Shown: piece by piece, positions 14,753 through 25,677 of the stretch
Position numbering within the stretch: the stretch's first letter is position 1
How the letters are laid out: the number at the start of each line of letters is the position of its first letter
Assembly: GCA_010356995.1 (NCBI GenBank)
Contig: ML996696.1
Span: 994,364 to 1,048,712 of the forward strand
DNA from: Trichodelitschia bisporula
Lineage: Eukaryota
Direction of reading: 5' to 3'
Length of the DNA: 54,349 bases
The notes under the pieces: generated by a model
Told to the model about the DNA's origin: nothing
Seen by the model: only the letters and a program-made list of their open reading frames with translations
The model's database searches: none
Position numbers and translations under genes: made by a program

Positions 14753-15506
14753 GGACGGATATCACGCTAGCGGAGTGGGGGTTGCAGCTGATAATTCATC
14801 ACGGCTTCTTTTTTACGCTAGATGGACTTTTTGTGGTGCCAGTGCGAAGCATTGTCGCGGCTCTTGCGACGCCCTGATCCTCTTTTGCCTCGCGGGTTTG
14901 CCCCGAGACACCTCTTCTGCGATGGGATCTGATTCTTTTTTGCCATAGAGCTTTCCCTTAGCGGCCGTCGACGACGGACTGTCGGTTCAAAAGCAGACGG
15001 CGAGTATTACCATGATCTGAGAAGTGACTGAGCCTTTTAGTGCAGCGTAACACATGTGCCGTCGACATCATCTAGCCGTGGAGCATGACCGCTGCAAGGG
15101 TCGGGAATATACCCGGCTTGTCGCTAAGCGTCATACCGACATCTGCATCATTTATCCAACCAATCCGCCTCGCCGAGAAGACGTCCTACCGGCTTCTTCA
15201 CGCTCATAGGCCATCGTTCCTCTCGGCTCCTCTTGGACCACTGGCGGTGTCGCCGACCGCATGGCTGTCATGCAAGCGCCACAGCCGAGTTGTCGCCTGC
15301 ACAGCCCCGCTGCCCCTCCCAACGTATATCATCCCCCCATGCTAGGTCATCTGGCATCTGGTGAGTTTGCTCTATCGATCTGCTGTTGCAAAAAATCGCT
15401 TTCGTTGCAAACCTCCAACTCATCGCCATCTTCACATCTCCTCGCGTTTCATCTCACCTTGTGCGCCATATCCACACCCTCAGCCTCGCCCCGCAAACCA
15501 CCCACC

Positions 15507-16517
15507 ATGGTCCTCCTCGGCGGCCTCGAACTCGTCGCCGCAGGCTACATCATCCACGCCGCAGGCAAAAAGCGCGAACGCCGAAAGCAGGAGGAGGAAG
15601 AAGCCGAACGGCGCCACTCGCGCCCACATCGCCGTCCGCATCGTCGGCATTCCGACAGTGACCACTACAAGCGGCCTTCCCAGAGCAACAAGCCCTCCGC
15701 GCCCGCTCCAACTCCTCTACCTTACCGACCTCACACCACTCCTACACCAGTGTCTTCTCCTTTCAGACCTCACCACGCTCCTGCTCCAGTATCCTCTCCT
15801 CCTTCCAGGCCACACCACGCTCCCGTGCCGGTGTCCTCTCCCCCACCGGCATATTCGAATCCCACTGCGCCCTTTCGCCCGCAGACCTGGCAACCCAACC
15901 CCTCACCAAATCTCATCCCGAACTATAATACCGGCCTGCCACATGAGTCGCCACCCCTCGGGCAGCCGCCGGCGTATTTCTCGCCTCCACTAAGGTCGAA
16001 TACTGAGCATCATAACGCGTATTATGCACCTCCACCGCAAGTCCAGAATCATCTGCAGTTCGCGCCCTCACCGATAGGGTCGCCAGTGTCGTTTTCTCAA
16101 CCGCCGCCGCAGTATTCCCCCCAGGCGAAGAATGCGCATTCGTATACTCCCGGCCCCGCTCCTACGCCTTCACCTAGCCCCCAGCAACAATATGCGCCCA
16201 GCCAGCAGGACCGCCATACAGCTCACAGCAATCCAGTGATGAGTCCACCTCCGCCCGTGGCGCCGGTACACTCAAAGCCCGTGCAGAGCAGGCCGGTAGA
16301 GTACAGCACTGAGAAAGAGACGTTCGTACCTGGAGGAGAGCCGTATGAGGTAGAAGGAGACCCGAGGAGCAGGTCTGATAGTTGTCTGCCGCTGCCGTAC
16401 GGGGTCGCGGAGTTGAGTGCCGATGGGCCGTGGATGCATGATCCGCATCGGACGGCGCATCAGCGGCCCAGGGTGAGGTTTGTTCTGCCGGGAGAGGATG
16501 CTGCTGGGAACAGATAG
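15507..16517 (+). CDS. Pro/Ser-rich hypothetical protein with N-terminal hydrophobic helix
   Basis: ATG in strong context (CCACCATGG). MVLLGGLELVAAGYIIHAAG is followed by a basic/acidic patch and a disordered Pro-rich body. An upstream in-frame ATG at 15261 is also present. Confidence 0.7.
   Translation: MVLLGGLELVAAGYIIHAAGKKRERRKQEEEEAERRHSRPHRRPHRRHSDSDHYKRPSQSNKPSAPAPTPLPYRPHTTPTPVSSPFRPHHAPAPVSSPPSRPHHAPVPVSSPPPAYSNPTAPFRPQTWQPNPSPNLIPNYNTGLPHESPPLGQPPAYFSPPLRSNTEHHNAYYAPPPQVQNHLQFAPSPIGSPVSFSQPPPQYSPQAKNAHSYTPGPAPTPSPSPQQQYAPSQQDRHTAHSNPVMSPPPPVAPVHSKPVQSRPVEYSTEKETFVPGGEPYEVEGDPRSRSDSCLPLPYGVAELSADGPWMHDPHRTAHQRPRVRFVLPGEDAAGNR
15735..15850 (+). repeat. Degenerate coding tandem repeat (P-x-PVSSP..RPHH, about 3 copies)
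   Basis: Translation reads PTPVSSPFRPHH / APAPVSSPPSRPHH / APVPVSSPPP. Confidence 0.65.
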
Positions 16518-17022
16518 TTGGGGGAGGGGGGCGTTTGGATCGGAGGAATGATATGATACCCCGTTGGTGGTAATGCGGCTGGACCGCGGATTTTGAAATC
16601 TGAAGTAGTTTTGACAAGCTCAATCAATCATCACTACCTGCGTAATAAACTCCTCAATGTCACCCAAGATGTCGTGTGTCGGCTTTCAGCTTCAGAATTC
16701 ACGGGCTCTTCCTCCACCTCGGCCCAGCACTGAGCCCCGATCGTCCCGTCTCCGGCGACCCCAGCTCGGCATCATTTTCTGCTCGCATGACGTCACTACC
16801 GTCTATCCCACTTCCGGGCGGCATATTTCCGACAAAGATGATTAAAGCCGTAGCCGAACTCGGGATCGCGTGCTTTGTCATCGGCTGGGGTGTCGTGCGC
16901 AACTGCGATGATGGCGTGGAGCGGGGTTGATAAAAGGTGCGGGGCATGCGCGATGTCTGGATCGTTACATTCGAGTCGAGTTTGAGAACCCTACGATCAA
17001 TTGAAAATCTACACAAATCACC

Positions 17023-18073
17023 ATGGCCGCTGCGAAGACTGAAGAGGGTGTGCTCGTCATCGGCGCAACCGGCTTGATTGGCGTCTTCATCACCAGGGCG
17101 CTGATCGGCTCGCTGAAGGCGGGCGAGTTTAAGCGTCTGGGTGTGTTCACATCCCAGAAGACGGTGACCGAGAAAGCGGATCTCATTGAGGACTGGAAGT
17201 CGAATGGGTTGGAGATATTCGTGGGCAGCTTGGACGACGAGAAAGACGTGCTCGCGGCGTATGAAGGTAAAATCCTTCCCTTCCCTACCTTATCATGTCT
17301 CTGGACCTAACTTCCCCCGAGGCTTCGATACCATCGTCAGCGCTCTCGGCCGCGGCGCCCTCGAGAAGCAGATCCCGCTGCTGCGCCTAGCCGAGGCGAC
17401 CCCCTCCATCACGCGCTTCTTCCCGAGCGAGTATGGTACGGACATCGAGTACTTCCCCGAGTCGGTCCACGAAAAACCGCACCAGAACAAACTGAAGGTG
17501 CGCGCATACATCCGCGAGTCTGTCAAGCGCGTGCAACACTCCTACCTGGTGACCGGGCCGTTTGCCGACGGATACCTGAGCAAACCACGCGTCGAGCCGC
17601 GGGTGGGTGGGTTCGATGTTAAGGGAAAGAAGGCGTGGTTGCTGGGTACGCCGGAGGGGAAGATCAGCTTGACGACAAATGAGGAGTAGGTTCCTGTTTT
17701 ATACTGGAGAGGATTCGGCTGATTAGCTAGTGTCGGCAAGCTGCTTGCTGCCGCGATCCGGCATCCCGAGGTCGCGCAGGGGAAGGCGCTGAAGGTCAAT
17801 TCGTTTACGGCGATACAGGCGGAGATATTGACGGAGTTTGAGAGGCAGACGGGGGCGAAGTGGGAGTCTGAATATACGTCGGTTGAGGTGCTTCAGAAGA
17901 TTGAGCAGGTGGCCTATGATGCCGGACACCCGTTTGCGGTGGGAGTGACGCTACGGCGCATCTGGACACAAGGGGGTACACTATATGAGAAGAGAGATAA
18001 TGAGGATATGGGAGTTACGGATACGGATACACTTGAAGTTGCGGTTCGGAGGGCCATTGCGGAGCAGTCTTGA
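17023..18073 (+). CDS. NmrA/isoflavone-reductase-like NAD(P)-binding protein
   Basis: [51 protein letters not shown] and DVGKLL. Introns 17267-17321 and 17686-17730. Confidence 0.9.
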
Positions 18074-18451
18074 GGTGTAAGGCTGACGGGTTAGATATCC
18101 TGGATCCTTTGCATCGGATAGCTTGATTTCTCTCTGAAGATTTATCCAAATGAATATCTGCCAAAAAACCTGACAGCGTCATCTTCTTTGACGGTCTGTG
18201 AAACTAATCGTGCTCAATGCCGGGCTGGAATCCACAGCCTTGTGCTTCACGTGAAGATGCGGAGACGGGATCGCCGCGGCTGCATCGCCACAGTGGCTGT
18301 TCGTGGCGCAAACGGTTGCAAGCATCTCCTTAAGGCCAGCTCAAAGTCCACTCCCTAAAGTCCTTCACGACCTGACCGCGTCTCCCCCTTCTCACGCTCC
18401 TTCTCGTTCCCCATATTTTTTGCATGGGCGCTCTCTAGTTTGTCCTTCATC

Positions 18452-21400
18452 ATGGCGCCCAAATTCAAGGACGGCGAAGTCGTTGCGGCGGTTCGTACCA
18501 CCCTCCGTCCCGGAACCCGCGCTGACGGCCGCAGTTTAACGGGAAGTGGATATCGTATACGCACACCATTGCAGCATACAGTACGCCTGTCCTTTGTATT
18601 ATGCTTTCCATCTAATAATTGACAGCTGCATTTCTCGGAGCCCTTATCGTGGGGTGGTACGTCTCCCCTGAGCACGGCTGCTCCAGCTAAACGCGAACAG
18701 CAAATTGCACTATCACAAAATCGTCGAGAACGAGTACTACGTACGTCACACGCATCGCGAGAAAATTCGAGGTTGACGATGATAGGGGTACCCGCAGGAA
18801 TGGTTTCCGTCCGTGTCGGCCACAATTGGCGACCGCTATCCCGAGCGGTCCGTTTTTCAGCTCTTCATCGCCCTGACATCCGGTGGGTTCTGCAAGTAGG
18901 CGCGCCGATATGCGCTCACAATACCAGGACCTCGCTTCGCCCTCTGTGCCATGTGGTTCGTCCTTGCAGGCTCGCGTAATACGTCCCTGGCAAAGTTTGT
19001 TGCAGGTGTGGGCGTGTTCCGGTCGTTGACCTGCGGCGGTTGGACGTATGTGACGTCGACCGATGACCACAACTACCACGACGTGTTCATGATTTCATAT
19101 CTTGTGGCAACAATTCCGTGGACGCTGGGCTGTCTGGCGTTGAGCCCGCCGAACCCCAAGGCCATCAAGTACCGCAAGTACTTTGGGGGGGCCTTTTTCG
19201 GGACGCTCATCCCCTTGATCTACTTTTTTATCCAGCACAAGGTGCACCGCGTGGCGGGAGGTGAGTCCGATGTGTATGACCGGTCTGGCGTTGGCTAACG
19301 TTGCAGCGTACACCATCTATGCCTTTTTTGAATGGTCGCTGGTTCTGCTCGACGTTGCCTTTGACGCATGCACTGTCTTTGACTTTGAGAGCTTTGAGAT
19401 CGTCGTCCGGGACGTGCGAGGCGTGACGCGCGGGTACGTTCCCTGGCTACCCAAGTAAATAGGCGTAGAGAATGCATTGGATTCTGAGCATTGATAGATC
19501 CCCGGTGTCCGGTGCCGTCCTCGAGAAGTACGTTCCTCGTAGCCCGTTGTGTGAGCCCCCTCTGACTTTTGTAGGAAAAACAAACGCGTTGATGATGTTT
19601 TTGCGGCTGGCTTTTCTTTGGCCTCGGCCCTGGACGCGGCCGCAGACGTCTATAATGGAGTGAGTGGACCGCCACCGATGGGTACAGTGCTCACAGTTGT
19701 AGTTCGTCTTTTGGTCGGTCCTCACGTCACTCGGTCTCTGCGTCTGGTGTATGTGTCTTCCCATCACTCCTTGACATAACTAACGAGCCAGACTTCCCCT
19801 TGTGGCACATGGGTATCTCCGGCTATGAAGTGCTCGTCATGACGACCATCTCACCTTTCCTGCTCGCCAGCAGCCCTCTTCGGTCATTTGTCATCAGGAA
19901 TGTCCGCTTCGTGCACCTCATCTCCCTCGTCGGTGTGGCCTCCTTCCTCGTCACATCTCCGGTGAACCGGCTATTCGCCGTCGGGTTTGGTGTCTCAGTA
20001 TCCTGCCTTGCATGGTCTGCCACGTTCTTCGCCGAGCGTGCCCAGCCTCACCGGCTCGAAGCCCGCGCTCTCGCCTTCGGTCTCGGTCTTGTCGCATCAT
20101 CGATCGCCAAATTCGCCTTCCACACCAACAACCCGATCTGGCCGATCATGCACGGTCCGAACGGGGGATGGAACAAGACTGGTTTGGCACTCGCCGTACT
20201 CGCCGTTCTCCGCTCCACACGGAACGTTCCGACCGCCACTGCCGCTGTTCCTATTCCGCGCCAGTCTCGCGGCTCGCCTAACCTTGCCGCCCTCGGTCTT
20301 GCCGGCACGTTTTTTGCCATGCATTCGCTCCTCTCGGACTCTAGCACCATGATCCTCTGGGGCTGGGAAGGATTCCCCGTTAACGGTCCGTTGGCTGTCC
20401 CGCATGGGGCGCTTACGCTGCTTGTCATGGGCGCAGGGCTCGTCTTTGGCGTGGCTTTCCCGGCTGTGGCGCGGAGCTGGACACTGTATGGCGTCGGTGC
20501 CATCGGCGCGGCGGTGCTCACGGGTGCCGTTGGGTGGACGGGCTATTATGGCGCACTGACGACGGCGGCGTACGTCATGGCCCAGCTTCCCGGAATGATC
20601 AGCACGGCAGTGAAGTTTGGGCCCGCGTCGACCTTTGGACTCGGGTTCTTGGTGTACAACTTCCTGGTTCTGGCGCACGTATGGGTTGTGGCGTATGCGT
20701 TTGTGCCTGGTGGTCCGGTGATGCGCGAGCATACTGATTGGGTTATGACTGCGACGATGCTCTTCATCGGCGCTGGTGTCTTCAACTCCCAGGCCGTGGA
20801 GGGTTCTGGACAAGTAACCCGTGGTAAGGCACGTCTCCCGGCCCCGGCTGCGAGGAAGACGCGTGGGTACTATCTGTACGTCCTTGCCGGGCTCGAACTG
20901 CTCGCCGTTGTAATCGCCTTCCTCCGCTTCCCGCAGTATGACTACAAGCCGTACCATCCGGAGACGAAGAGCATCACAGCCGGCATCTGGACGATCCACT
21001 TCTCGCTCGACAACGACATGTGGTCCTCAGAGCACCGCATGCGGGACGTGATCAAGGAACTGGAACTCGACGTTGTGGGCCTGCTGGAGAGCGACCTGCA
21101 ACGCATCATCATGGGCAACCGCGACACGACGCAGTTCATCGCCGAGGATTTGGGCATGTATGTCGATTACGGACCAGGCCCGAACAAGCATACCTGGGGC
21201 GCCGCGCTGCTTTCCCGGTTCCCGATCGTTAACTCTACGCACCACTTGCTTCCGAGCCCGGTGGGCGAGCTCGCGCCGGCGATCCATGCGACGCTTGACT
21301 GCTACGGACAGTTAGTCGATGTGTTCGTGTTCCACTCGGGCCAGGAAGAAGATCCCGAGGACCGCCGTCTGCAGAGCGAGTACCTGGCCAAGCTGATGGG

Positions 21401-21820
21401 CAGCGTGAAGGACCGCCCGGCTATCCTGCTCTCGTACCTCGTTACCAAGCCGCTGGAGGGGAACTACAACACGTATGTCAGCGAGACGAGCGGGATGCGT
21501 GACGTCGATGCTAGCGACTGGGATCGGTGGTGCGAGTATATTTTGTACAAGGGCCTGCGGCGCACGGGGTACGCCCGCGTTAGCCGGAGCACGATTACGG
21601 ATACGGAGATTCAGGTTGCTAAGTTTGTGGTTGGGGAGGCGGAGAGTGGGGAGGAGAGGGTGCATGAGGAGAGTGTGCCGGAGGGCTTGCGGTTCCCGGC
21701 GCTGTTTAGGGGCGAGGGCGTGAGGGGGCATCGGTATCACGTCTTTGACGAGCCTAGGTGAGTTTCGGTCAGTACGTGGCCGTGAGCGGTGCTAACGATG
21801 TCTACAGGTACTTCAATTAA
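18452..21820 (+). CDS. CWH43: GPI lipid remodelling protein Cwh43 (Frag1/PGAP2 + TM region + EEP-like domain)
   Basis: Spliced model with 11 introns. Motifs [93 protein letters not shown] and [15 protein letters not shown]. Confidence 0.95.
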
Positions 21821-22497
21821 GGATCAAGGGTTTCGGGTCGAGGTGTCTGGTGGGTATCTGATAGGTGATATGGTTGGAAGCGTGTAATCGTAAAACTAGT
21901 CACTGAGCTCTTGAAGTGCTGCTATTTGTTGTACTGTTGCACAATGAACAGTTACTTCGTCCTCAAGCTTCTCGCTGCTATTCCAGATGACCATGAATGC
22001 TTTATCTCAGTTTCATCCGCTCTCATCGGGCCGCTGTGCAACTGTAGGCCAGGGTGTACGAGGCTGCTTTCATGAGATTTGGGCTGTTTGGAATGGTAGT
22101 TGCAGTTTGGGTTACAACTTCGGCTGGTGGTCACAGATCTCAAAAATGATGGGAAACAATGACCATTGATCCCTTTACTTGTGGAAAACAACTCCATAAA
22201 CGCTGCTAAATCGGGAACGATTCCTCACAAGGACATCGTTTCCGCTTCATCATTTGCATCGTCATCGCCTTCTTGACCCCCACGGTGCTGTAAATCCAGG
22301 GTTAGGGTTGGACCCTCAATCACGGGCCCAGAGCCGCCAAGGCTCGATCCATTGCGATTCGAACCCTGCGATTGTCCGGAGTGCATGACCGGGCCGCGGC
22401 AGAGATAAATTGTCCAGAAGCTGCACAACAGTCTTACCGCCATCTCGATCCCCAACCCTCTCCACCCGAACGAAAGAACCCGACAACAGTATTAACA

Positions 22498-22762
22498 ATG
22501 GGCAACGGTGCGAAGGCTCAGCAGAAGCGCGACCGCAAGAAGGACGAGAAGAAGGGACCTACCTCGCAGCTCAAGACGGTATGCTCGATGTACTCGCCCG
22601 GAGTGCAGAGACGGCGCTGACTCTAGACAGAACGCGGCGGCGAAGACTATCAAGTGCAAGACCTGCTTCCAGGACTTCCAGAGCACGACGAACCGTGAAG
22701 GGCTCGAGGCGCACGCTCAGAACAAGCACAACAAGAAGTACGACGACTGTTTTGCGAGTTAG
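22498..22762 (+). CDS. Small ZNF706/4F5-like (DUF1909/At2g23090-like) C2H2 protein
   Basis: MGNGAKAQQKRDR..SQLKT, intron 22579-22630, then NAAAKTIKCKTCFQDF..LEAHAQNKH..DCF*. Confidence 0.9.
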
Positions 22763-23019
22763 GAAGATGGACCATGGGCGATGATGGAGGGCACGGCCGG
22801 ATTTAGAGAATGACATGATATTTCCTGCTACATCTGCTTCCTTTGCTACATGATTTTCCGCCATATCGCTGTCCTGACTGCCACCAGACTTCTGGCGCGC
22901 GTTTGTGAAAGTTGAAGCCTCCAAGCCCGCTCCCACCACCTCGCCCCGCCGCCTGGCAGAAAAAGTCCCATCCCCGGAATCTTGGCGGACTTTCCTTCCA
23001 TCTCCGATCACCACACACC

Positions 23020-24293
23020 ATGGCGGGCGCAAGTGACAAAGCGCGCTTCTACCTCGAGCAGTCCGTTCCCGAATTACAGGAGCTGCTGCGGAAGAAGATA
23101 TTCACAAAGGTGAGTCTCCACCGTGCTAATGGCCTCCGCTGACCCTCCAGGATGAAGTCTCCTCCATCGCGAAGAAGCGCTCCGACTTCGAGCACACACT
23201 CAACGCCCGCGGCTCACAGCCTGGAGACTACGCGCGATATGCCGAGTACGAAATGAACCTTGAAGCTCTGCGCAAAAAGCGAGTGCAACGCCTCGGCATT
23301 AAGACGGGCGGCCATGCCGGCCAGCGACGCATATTCTTCATCCTCGACCGTGGTACACGCAAGTTTCCTGGCGACCTGCGGCTGTGGATGCAGTGCATTG
23401 AGTTCGCGCGGAAAGAAAAGGCGAACAAGAAGCTGGGCGAGATCATGGCTGCTATGCTGCGGCTGCACCCGACTAAGCCGGACCTCTGGCTGTATGCTGC
23501 GCAGTACTCGCTCGATGCACAGGCGGATATGACGGCGGCGCGAAGCTACATGCAGCGCGGACTGCGCTTCTGTGCGGGCCAGCGGCTGATGTGGCTTGAG
23601 TACGCGAAACTTGAGATGGTCTATGTGGCCAAGGTGGCGGCACGGCGACGCATACTCGGGCTCGACGAGACGCGCAAAGAGGTGGTCGAAACGGAGGACA
23701 TGCTGGCGCTACCGGACGTCACGGCCGAGGACATCAACCCTAGCCTCAAGGACGGCGTGGACGACGACGCATTGGAGAAGCTGGCTGCGACGCCTGCCCT
23801 CACCGGTGCCATCCCGATCGCCGTGTTCGACGAGGCAATGAAGAAATTTCACAATGATGCCACACTGGCGGAGCAATTTTTCGATATCATTGCCGAATTC
23901 GACCAGACGCCAGCCACGCCGACAATTCTACAGCACATTCTCGACCACCTGCGAAATAAACAACCCGAGTCACCCTCTACTACCGCTTGCGAGTTCAGCC
24001 TGCCGCTCGTGGGCGTGGAGCCGACGTCAGCCCAGTTCCCGGCGGCACTTGGCGACTGCCTGCACGCCATCCGCGCGGGAAAGCGCCACAAGGTGGAAGT
24101 GGCAGAAAAGGCGCTTATGCGTCTACTTCCTTTCGCCTTGCTCGACCTGGACGCCGACATCCAGACGGTCATCTCTGCGACGCTGGTGCAGCAGGCCAAA
24201 GCCATACCGGCCGACAGGCTCGAGAAGCTGTCTACCACCCTACAGAAGAAGCGCACCAAGGAAGCCGAACACCTCGCAAAGCTACTGTCCTAG
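23020..24293 (+). CDS. UTP6: U3 snoRNA-associated protein 6 (HAT repeats)
   Basis: MAGASDKARFYLEQSVPELQEL..KIFTK, intron 23110-23150, then DEVSSIAKKRSDFEH..YAEYEMNLEALRKKR..RIFFILDRGTRKFPGDL.LW..ARSYMQRGLRF. Confidence 0.93.
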
Positions 24294-24953
24294 TCGTCGC
24301 TGCCACGCCGGCGGCCAGCCTTCTTGCTACTGTGGGTTTTCTTCGCCTTCAGCCGCCGCTCGTTGTCGACCTTTTGCCTGTAAGCGTCAGCGTCGCCAGT
24401 CACCTGCCATTTGACGTACAGCTCCTTGACGCGCCGCGCCTGCGTTACGGACGTCTCACCGGGCACGGCCTCTGCCGCGACCTCTACTATGGCCTCGTGC
24501 AGGCGTGAAAAACAGCTCTCGACATTGTCGCCCTGCTTCCTGCTGTCATCGGCCTGTATCACTAGGGCGTTGGATTTAGCGGCGTAATAGCGGGACTGGC
24601 GTATGGGCTGGTGGAGGATGGGCGGGAGTAATGGGAGCAGGGCCCCGAGGGGCAGACGGAGCGTGGCTTTGGAGTTTACTCTGTAGAGTTAGAAATGATA
24701 TTGTACATGGCTACATGATGCGACTGCCAATGGTGCCGCCAATGGCAGATGTCGTGACGCACTTGTTGACATTCTGGCCGCCAGGACCAGACGATCTGCT
24801 AAAGGAGATCTCACACAGCTGGCGCGGAACGGTGTTTGGTGAAAAGGATGCAACCCAGCGCCGGGCCTCTGCGATTTCGGCAGTGGAAAACAAGCGACGA
24901 GACCGCAGGGAAGAGACGCGAGAGACGTCAAGCAAACGAACGAATTGCATCAT
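24290..24953 (-). CDS. PTH4: Mitochondrial RF-1-domain peptidyl-tRNA hydrolase (ICT1/Pth4-like)
   Basis: Arg/Ser-rich presequence, FSRSSGPGGQNVNK-VNSKATL (GGQ motif), IQADDSRKQ.DN and basic tail RLKAKKTHSSKK. Introns 24681-24762 and 24378-24419. Confidence 0.88.
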
Positions 24954-25677
24954 GATGACGGAGATATGGACAGCTGGTGCACATAAAGTGCAGAACTTGA
25001 CAGAGCAGCAAACAATGGCCAAATAGTGTCAATCGCGGGTAGAGCCTAGCAATCGCGATATAGTGATGACGCTGTGTGGCAGGTGTGGCTAGGTGCAGCT
25101 CTTTTTGGCGGACAAAGGATAGAGCGTGGGTGGCGCATGGGTAAACTGCGCTTGGCGCGGGTCAAAGGCGAAACTGATTCGCCGGGACTTCATTTGCCGG
25201 GGCTACTCTTTCTCCTCCTCTGCTTTCTCTTCCCCCTCTCACTCAACGCCTCCCATCAACTTCTCTCCTTGGTAATCTACCTCAAATATCATCACAAACT
25301 TTCTGCCATCTCCACACCGAACGCGCAAAAGACTACCCATCTTGGCCCCGTCCATCTGCGGTGACCGCCCTGCTGCAAACCCCCCCACCCGACAACTCGC
25401 TGCCAGCCACCAGCCCTCCAACTTTTCGCAACACCTTCCCCTCTCCCCTCCCCCATATTATCCACACCATATCAAGCAAAACTTTACCAACATCCGTCCT
25501 CCCAGCGAGAGCCCACATCGAAGCCTTCCATCCACCGCATCGCTTCGCCCATCCTCTCCCGACCGCAGTCGCCCAACTCCACTTGAGCACTATCAACTCC
25601 CAAAGCGCCTCTCCATCGCTCCAGCGAGGCCCGCCGATGAATTGAGTACGCGTGTTAAACCCTCCTCTCGTTTGCCC

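Noticed and set aside
22000..22260. Box C (ATGATGA) on the minus strand suggesting a C/D snoRNA
   Set aside because: The nearest CTGA is about 240 nt away, and no terminal stem or guide sequence was recognised.
22298..22310. AGGGTTAGGGTT telomere-like motif (single TTAGGG also near 620)
   Set aside because: Only about two units are present. It may be a promoter telobox but is not an interstitial telomere and is plausible by chance.
24724..24750. 10-bp stem (one mismatch) hairpin in PTH4 intron 1
   Set aside because: It is real but short, and there is no evidence for a riboswitch or structured RNA family.
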